32,000 bases of DNA from the NCBI GenBank assembly GCA_048882505.1, contig JBHLRO010000021.1:30001-62000 (forward strand), in the 5' to 3' direction. The translations under genes and the position numbers were made by a program. Shown one piece after another: positions 26,262 to 32,000 of this stretch. The DNA is from Candidatus Thorarchaeota archaeon. Lineage in GTDB: Archaea; Asgardarchaeota; Heimdallarchaeia; Hodarchaeales; Hodarchaeaceae. The number at the start of each line of letters is the position of its first letter. Position 1 is the first letter of the stretch. The notes beneath the pieces were generated by a model that was not told where the DNA came from, made no database searches, and was given only the letters and a program-made list of their open reading frames with translations.

Positions 26262-27599
26262 TCACGCTGTTAAGGGATCTTTGGGCTCGGCGTGTGATTG
26301 AACAGATTTAGAGCTTCGTATCCAACCGAATAAGAGTAAGAGCAGGATTGTGACGTTTAACACGAAAGAGACAAGTAATAATGGTTCACCCCCTTGAGTT
26401 TGGTATATAAAACCGATAATAGGACTAGATATAAATCCTACAAAAGAAATAACCATGGCAAGCATCGCCATAACTTTTCCAGTATGTTCACGTGGGAGTT
26501 GTCGACCAACAGCCCCCCATGCGACCGTTCGCCAAACTACGTCATTCCCAGACTTGATTACAACAGCTATAAAGGCGGTACTGGATATTACTTGCCAAAC
26601 CTCTTCCCCTGGTAAAAGAGTTATCCATTGGGAAAATATGGGGGAATAGTATAACAAAAGTACGGAAAAAGGGAGGAGAAAATACACCTGGAACATGATC
26701 TTTGCCTCATTCTCGGTACGGTCAAGAAGTCGCCCTGCAACCAATCCACCAATGACACCAATACAAGAAGCCCCTATCATGGTATAATTTATTGCAGTAT
26801 AGCTCATCTGAACAGTTTCGTTTAGATAAAAGTTCTGGGCAAATTGGAAACTCGTATCACTGATTACATCAATGAAAAAAACCAAAGCGAACAGTGGAAT
26901 AGTCACCAAAAATACATTAAGACCAGTTCGATATTGGCCGAACATTTCGCGTAAAGGATTGCGTGCCGGTGGAGACTCAAAGTGATTGGTACTTACTTTT
27001 AGAAATTTAAACCGAATGAGGAAATCCACAAAGCTCGAGATCGATGTTAGAAGGAAAAAGAGCCTAAGTCCCTCAACGAAATCCCCCTGGATTAGAACAC
27101 CAACTGAAACCAAGCCTAGGATTGAAAATATTCCACCCACTGTAAATAAACTGGTACCAATACCCATCTGTTTAGGAGGGATCGATTCAAACAATATAGG
27201 GTCAATGGCAGCTTGACAAAATTGGCCAAGTCCAAAAATAGTCCATACGATGAGTAACCCGTAGATATCATTAACTAATGTGAGGAGGAGAGCAGCTATT
27301 CCAATGAAAAACTTGTTGAATGTCGCCATTAATCGTCGTGCCGCTCCACCGTGTCTATCAGCCCAAAAACCTCCAAACAATGTTGCAAACATCGCAATGA
27401 GAAAGAAAAACGCATTTGCGATCCCTAATTCAAAATAGGAAATACCAATATCCCGAAAAAATAGATTAAAATAAATCCACGCAGCGAAGAAAAAACTACC
27501 CGTATAATTTGTAAGTAGAATGACAACGAAGTTTCGAGATCTAAATACGATTTTCAAACTCTCAAGTAAACCTATGTTTTCTTGTTTTAGCTCGGTCAT
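26262..27599 (-). CDS. Major facilitator superfamily transporter
   Basis: About 12 TM segments; motif-A-like FGGFWADRHGG and VAGRLLDR in the two halves. Confidence 0.9.
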   Translation of the reverse strand: MTELKQENIGLLESLKIVFRSRNFVVILLTNYTGSFFFAAWIYFNLFFRDIGISYFELGIANAFFFLIAMFATLFGGFWADRHGGAARRLMATFNKFFIGIAALLLTLVNDIYGLLIVWTIFGLGQFCQAAIDPILFESIPPKQMGIGTSLFTVGGIFSILGLVSVGVLIQGDFVEGLRLFFLLTSISSFVDFLIRFKFLKVSTNHFESPPARNPLREMFGQYRTGLNVFLVTIPLFALVFFIDVISDTSFQFAQNFYLNETVQMSYTAINYTMIGASCIGVIGGLVAGRLLDRTENEAKIMFQVYFLLPFSVLLLYYSPIFSQWITLLPGEEVWQVISSTAFIAVVIKSGNDVVWRTVAWGAVGRQLPREHTGKVMAMLAMVISFVGFISSPIIGFIYQTQGGEPLLLVSFVLNVTILLLLLFGWIRSSKSVQSHAEPKDPLTA

Positions 27600-27851
27600 T
27601 AAGGATCAGCATACAACAGAGTCTTTGTCGTTACAATAAGGTTTCAGGGTCCGGAACGTTTAGGGTTTAATTCTTACAAATAAAAGGAAGATTTTTATGG
27701 TAAATTCCCTGGAATCGGGATTCCCATGACACCATGAGTTTCTCCACTGAAAAAGTGATCTTTGTTTACTCCAAAATATTCCCTTATCAGAACCTATAAA
27801 ATATAGCACGAAAGTCCAATTTCATTCAAAAATGGTAGGAGTATTTGCGAT

Positions 27852-27977
27852 TTGATCAAAACTGGACTGAGTGTAGCTCAGGAACTGCGGATAGTAGACC
27901 TGATTTTTATACTATTAATTTTTTTCTTTGTCATTCTTTTGATTCGCATTGGCATTCGGCTTATTTTTCATAAATAA
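27852..27977 (+). CDS. Putative 41-aa single-pass membrane peptide (not in the ORF track)
   Basis: TTG start after GGTAGGAG; MIKTGLSVAQELRIVDLIFILLIFFFVILLIRIGIRLIFHK; TATAAAATAT box near 27795. Confidence 0.4.
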   Translation: MIKTGLSVAQELRIVDLIFILLIFFFVILLIRIGIRLIFHK

Positions 27978-28120
27978 GGGAAATAGCGAGGTTGGCGCGA
28001 TATTTATCTTCCTTGTCAGCTTTCTTATTTTTGACCGAAATTCCCCAGGAACTTTGATTTTTTGCGTATAACACCAGTACCTCCTCCTTAGGCGCTATAA
28101 ATAAACAAGATGAACACATT

Positions 28121-29653
28121 TTGTCGAAAGAATCGCTAGTACCGTCCTTGACTCAACGAATACAGAAGACAAGGGATAACACGGAATATAAAAGCCGGCT
28201 GGCAGGCTTGGGAGTATTTGTGAATATCATCTGGATCTTGAGTGTTTTTATCCGGCCCGTTATCGATCCAACGATGCTATTGATACTAGGGGGAATTGCT
28301 ATTGTAATCACAGTAGGAACCCGACTACAATCAAGAAACCTAAAATCTAAAGTGGCAGGTGACGTAAGCGGAGGAAATATTGTCGGTTATGTGGTTTCCT
28401 GGTTTTTTGTGTATGAAGGGTATCCACTCAAGCCATTAGAATTTGTGATAAGTCCTGGTATTTCATTTACGGTCAATCAGATTTTAATTTATTTCCTCGT
28501 CATAATATTCTTCGCTTGGTTTGCAATACCTGCTTCAAAGGATTATAGTGAAGTAATCTTTGAATTATCTCCGCTAATTTCCTATTTCATCCTTAATTTT
28601 TGGAAATTAGCGGTGGTACTTGAAATATTATCCCTTTTAGACCTATTAAGAGCATTTCATCCTTATGCCAACCTTATTTTCTTATCTACTGGGTTTATTG
28701 AACTTGTTTTGCAGTACTTCCGCGTTTTCAAACTACCAATTGCCGATATTATCCTAGATCCAACTCAATTGCTCTTTAAAACCGTCGAAGGGCCACTACA
28801 AGCGTTGAAATGGACATTCTTGGTAATTTTGTTTTTAATCATGGATATTTTAAGTTTGGATTTATTTTCCGCAGGATTGATTGCATTTTCGGTCACCATG
28901 GGAACTATATCCTTGCTTACGGCATTATCTAAGATCGCCTTAGACAGCGGACTAATCAGATCAAGAACCGACCAGATTGTGGGAAAGAGTAAAGTGACGA
29001 TCCCCAAAATGTTCGAGGAATTAAAGCAGCTTAATGCAAGTGATTTACAGGAATTCTATCGTGTTCAAAAACGTATTAATATCAAAAAGAAAAACGGTCT
29101 TGTCAGCTATGATCCTGGAGACATTTTACTTAAGCTGCCTTTCTCAAATAGCATAGAGGCAGAGACAGGGGTTTTTCTTGCAAGACTTAAAATTAAAGTT
29201 CGCGGAAGTAAAAGAAAATCCAGCAAAAGGAGAAAATCTGTGACGGTGTCCAGCGATAAACCTCATAGAGGAATTAGTTTTTCATCTCTACATAGAATTC
29301 CACTTGAGGATTGGGAACACCTCTCAAAACAAAAGCAAGTGGAACCAGTTGAACTTGAAATCATCACCAAAGAAATGGGTTTTGAAACACCTGAGGAATT
29401 TGAAAAGATGGTTGAGAAAGGGATCCGAGGAGCCGTCTCATTTCAGGAGAATATTCGTGACAGAATTCGTGGAGTCCCAGTAACGGGAAATAGTACAAAA
29501 GCTGCGTTAGTAAAATTGAAAGATAAGCATATCGAACTTCCTGATGCTTTTCTAGCCCAAATTAATTTACCAAACGATCAAGAACTCGAGATTATCCCAG
29601 GGAAGGAAGAGTTCCTTTTCTATGCAAGAATAAAGAAGAAGAAGGATAAATGA
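28121..29653 (+). CDS. Hypothetical membrane protein: multi-TM N-terminal half, soluble C-terminal half ending in an AbrB/MazE-like segment; TTG start
   Basis: Around 8 hydrophobic segments in aa ~25-275; basic stretch RGSKRKSSKRRK; terminal VKLKDKHIELPDAFLAQINLPNDQELEIIPGKEEFLFY. Confidence 0.75.
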   Translation: MSKESLVPSLTQRIQKTRDNTEYKSRLAGLGVFVNIIWILSVFIRPVIDPTMLLILGGIAIVITVGTRLQSRNLKSKVAGDVSGGNIVGYVVSWFFVYEGYPLKPLEFVISPGISFTVNQILIYFLVIIFFAWFAIPASKDYSEVIFELSPLISYFILNFWKLAVVLEILSLLDLLRAFHPYANLIFLSTGFIELVLQYFRVFKLPIADIILDPTQLLFKTVEGPLQALKWTFLVILFLIMDILSLDLFSAGLIAFSVTMGTISLLTALSKIALDSGLIRSRTDQIVGKSKVTIPKMFEELKQLNASDLQEFYRVQKRINIKKKNGLVSYDPGDILLKLPFSNSIEAETGVFLARLKIKVRGSKRKSSKRRKSVTVSSDKPHRGISFSSLHRIPLEDWEHLSKQKQVEPVELEIITKEMGFETPEEFEKMVEKGIRGAVSFQENIRDRIRGVPVTGNSTKAALVKLKDKHIELPDAFLAQINLPNDQELEIIPGKEEFLFYARIKKKKDK

Positions 29654-29991
29654 GCTATAAAACATCATAATTCAGGACGATTGCATTCAGTTCTCATTCA
29701 GTAGGTTATCTTTACTCCCCGTTTCACACGATTCATCTGAAGACTACGGAAGGGGTGGTTTGGGTCTTATTCTTACACTTCTAAGCTATCACTATTTCCA
29801 ATCAGAAAGGAAATCGTATCTAAGATGATTTCTTTTCCAATTATGCCACGGATTTGAGTTCACTTTACAATGAAATTACTCCAAAAACTTGTTTGATCAA
29901 AGATCTTTTAAGCAACAAACTCCGAGATTCGTAATTGCTTCTTCAATGTTTCTAATCCAAAGATGCGAATCAGTCTTTATGAGGTGATGAT

Positions 29992-31782
29992 GTGAAGAGG
30001 AGAATTTCAATTATTTTGTCAATAATTATGGTATTTTTAATGACTATAGGAAGTGCAACCTCGTTTCCAGCGGAGTTAACAGTTGTTAACCAACCAGATT
30101 TCACTTATGTAAGCTCATCACTTACCAACGTCGAACAAGGAGTTTATGAGTTTAGTGTAACAGTGGAAAACATCGGGGACGACGCAACCACCAGTACAGT
30201 CCCGATCTCCTGGGAAAAGATGATGTATACTCTCCCCATGGTGAGTGGCAGTGGGACTCTTGACGAGAGTGCGGTGGATCTAGATATGGATCTGAATGGT
30301 GACGGAGACAAGGTGGATACCTTTAGTGTTACCTGGTTCCAGAATGCTACACGTAGTTCAGACGCGACAATAAACAATGGAACCCACGATATTCATGTCT
30401 ATTCACTTAACGAAGGCACCTTTGGTTTAGGGGTTAATCGGACGTATTACATCAAGGGGCGACCAAAACTGTTCCACCTTGGTAGTGAAACCCATACTCT
30501 CTATACAGCAGGAGATACTAGCGCCATCTTCGGATTAGGGGACGCCAAAATCTTACAACACCCCAGTCCCAACTTTGAACTGGCCTTGTATGACAAGATG
30601 GAAGTAACAGACTTGTCGATTAACGGAAATCCAGTTCGCGTACAGCACACCTGGACAGGAATCGATTCAGGGAGAAACCTCTCAACCTTCATTGTTCCCA
30701 GTGTTGCTTCAGGTATCGCTGCTGGAGAACAATCTACCTTTTCCTGCAAGTTGTACCCCGGCAAAACGAAGTCGTCTGAAATCCTATTGATCATGAACTG
30801 GTCTCCTGACGGACAATCTACAAGACATATCTGGGTTCCCTATGATCAATATGATCCTGTAGAAGCGATAAACCGCCCGTACTTCCTCCCAATCGATTCT
30901 GCAATTACATCGGTTAGCACGGGGGTTTATCAGCTTGAGGCAACGACCAAAAATGTGGGGGCTCCAGCGACCACTGGAACTGTCCCGATTCATTGGGCTC
31001 CCCTTTATTATGGACTACAGCTCACCAATGGTGTAGGGACCTTAGAGGAAAATGATGCAGATTATGATCTCAATGGTGATGGGGACAAGGACGATACCTT
31101 TGACGTTTCTTGGAACAATTCTATCAGACCTTGGGATGCCACCATAGATGGTAATTACGTATACGCCCTTTCAGACCTCTCACAAGAAGTCGGGAATATA
31201 AATCGATCATATTTCATTGGTGGAAACCCTAAGATCTTCACTTTAGGTACTGAATCACATATCCTCCAACGTGCGTGGAATGATATGGCTTGGTTTGCGC
31301 TCGGCGCATCGATTCAACAGCATCCTAGTCCAAACCTTGAACTTGCGTTTAACTTGAACACTAGTGTTACTGATTTTAAAATCAATGGAAATCCTGTTGA
31401 TGTAAACCATGCATCAGTGGAGGAGGAAAGAAACCCTGACGGGACTATAAACAATCTGACGGCTTTTATAATACCAAACGTGGTATCCGAAATCAAAACT
31501 GGCGAAGAAGTAACCGTCTCCTGTACCCTCACCCCTCAAGAAAGTCAAATTAACCTTTGGTATTTCATTGTAAACTGGTCTCCTGATGGTATTAGAAGAA
31601 TTATGTGGATATTAGTTGATGCAGAGGAGTTTACATTTGTTGCAGCCTCGCCCACCGCCACAACCACCACTACGACGACAACTACAACAACTAACATAGG
31701 GACTCCAGGATTTTCGTTTATCGTGACAATTCTGATAATGATTCCACTGTTTTTCTACAAAGGCAGAAAGAAAACCCTCTAA
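29992..31782 (+). CDS. Secreted/cell-surface protein with two tandem ~260-aa repeats, a Thr-rich linker and a PGF-type C-terminal membrane anchor; GTG start
   Basis: GAGGTGA RBS; signal peptide MKRRISIILSIIMVFLMTIGSA; DLNGDGD loops at 30289 and 31066; TPGFSFIVTILIMIPLFFYKGRKK C-terminus. Confidence 0.9.
   Translation: MKRRISIILSIIMVFLMTIGSATSFPAELTVVNQPDFTYVSSSLTNVEQGVYEFSVTVENIGDDATTSTVPISWEKMMYTLPMVSGSGTLDESAVDLDMDLNGDGDKVDTFSVTWFQNATRSSDATINNGTHDIHVYSLNEGTFGLGVNRTYYIKGRPKLFHLGSETHTLYTAGDTSAIFGLGDAKILQHPSPNFELALYDKMEVTDLSINGNPVRVQHTWTGIDSGRNLSTFIVPSVASGIAAGEQSTFSCKLYPGKTKSSEILLIMNWSPDGQSTRHIWVPYDQYDPVEAINRPYFLPIDSAITSVSTGVYQLEATTKNVGAPATTGTVPIHWAPLYYGLQLTNGVGTLEENDADYDLNGDGDKDDTFDVSWNNSIRPWDATIDGNYVYALSDLSQEVGNINRSYFIGGNPKIFTLGTESHILQRAWNDMAWFALGASIQQHPSPNLELAFNLNTSVTDFKINGNPVDVNHASVEEERNPDGTINNLTAFIIPNVVSEIKTGEEVTVSCTLTPQESQINLWYFIVNWSPDGIRRIMWILVDAEEFTFVAASPTATTTTTTTTTTTNIGTPGFSFIVTILIMIPLFFYKGRKKTL
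30094..31640 (+). repeat. Intragenic tandem duplication (unit 1 ~30094-30876; unit 2 ~30877-31640)
   Basis: Shared motifs GVY, TVPIxW, GTLxE, DLNGDGDKxDTF, DATI, NRxYxIxGxPKxFxLGxExH, QHPSPNxELA, INGNPV and NWSPDG. DNA match AACTGGTCTCCTGA occurs in both units. Confidence 0.92.
31654..31692 (+). repeat. Thr-rich low-complexity linker (TA followed by 11 Thr)
   Basis: acc gcc aca acc acc act acg acg aca act aca aca act; mixed codons, so not a DNA microsatellite. Confidence 0.9.
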
Positions 31783-31783
31783 A

Positions 31784-31812
31784 TCCTGCCTCCTTCTTTC
31801 TTTCCTTTTTTG
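31784..31812 (+). terminator. Pyrimidine/oligo-T tract, archaeal-type terminator candidate
   Basis: TCCTGCCTCCTTCTTTCTTTCCTTTTTTGG directly after the surface-protein stop, between convergent genes. Confidence 0.5.
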
Positions 31813-31819
31813 GCTCTAT

Positions 31820-32000
31820 TTATCGTTCTAAGGTATAGGCCCGCGAAATACCTGCAATTTTCCTTTCCTTTTCTCGAAAATCGTACCCTGATTCATAGAT
31901 GGATCGCAAATTCGTCATGAAATAACTCCACCCCAAGTGACAACTCATATTATGCGTGACGTGACCATATTCGTTATCGGCCATATTCTCTTGGAAAACC
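31820..32000 (-). CDS. 3' end of an SRPBCC/AHSA1-like (START-fold) protein; partial, start lies beyond the window
   Basis: Open frame from 31999: VFQENMADNEYGHVTHNMSCHLGWSYFMTNLRSIYESGYDFREKERKIAGISRAYTLER*. The GWxxFxxNLxSxxExG helix is typical of the family. Not in the ORF track. Confidence 0.7.
   Translation of the reverse strand, partial: VFQENMADNEYGHVTHNMSCHLGWSYFMTNLRSIYESGYDFREKERKIAGISRAYTLER

Noticed and set aside
765-31532. The many 60-100 aa ORFs overlapping the long genes on either strand
   Set aside because: They are nested in or antisense to well-supported CDSs and lack motifs; treated as shadow ORFs.
1-32000. CRISPR arrays, tRNA/rRNA genes, restriction-modification or other defence islands
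   Set aside because: I saw no regularly spaced repeats, T-loop GTTCRANYC cloverleafs, rRNA signatures or cas/methylase motifs. A covariance-model search would be needed to exclude ncRNAs.

Overview
Gene-dense archaeal chromosomal window, most consistent with an Asgard (Heimdallarchaeia-like) genome. This is inferred from an archaeal COG2413 nucleotidyltransferase, an archaeal/eukaryote-type IleRS, a stand-alone Roadblock/LC7 protein, an 'LDxSPL..C..L' LRR protein, a PGF-type C-terminal anchor and GGTGA/GAGG ribosome-binding sites. Housekeeping genes: nitrilase+nadE, a short alaS, ileS, an IMPase-family enzyme, an ABC-2 exporter trio, a metallophosphoesterase converging on an Lhr helicase, a class III sirtuin, an S9 peptidase and an MFS transporter. 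Less ordinary items: an unannotated HdrA-like gene relic with an in-frame TGA behind ileS; a phage-type macrodomain-like gene; a 7TM protein with a histidine-kinase H-box but no ATPase domain; a URO-D/MT2-like gene paired with a CbiR-like TIM barrel; a membrane protein ending in an AbrB-like segment; and an internally duplicated surface protein. I saw no rRNA, tRNA, CRISPR array, transposase or integrase. All family assignments come from motif recognition by eye; no database searches were run.
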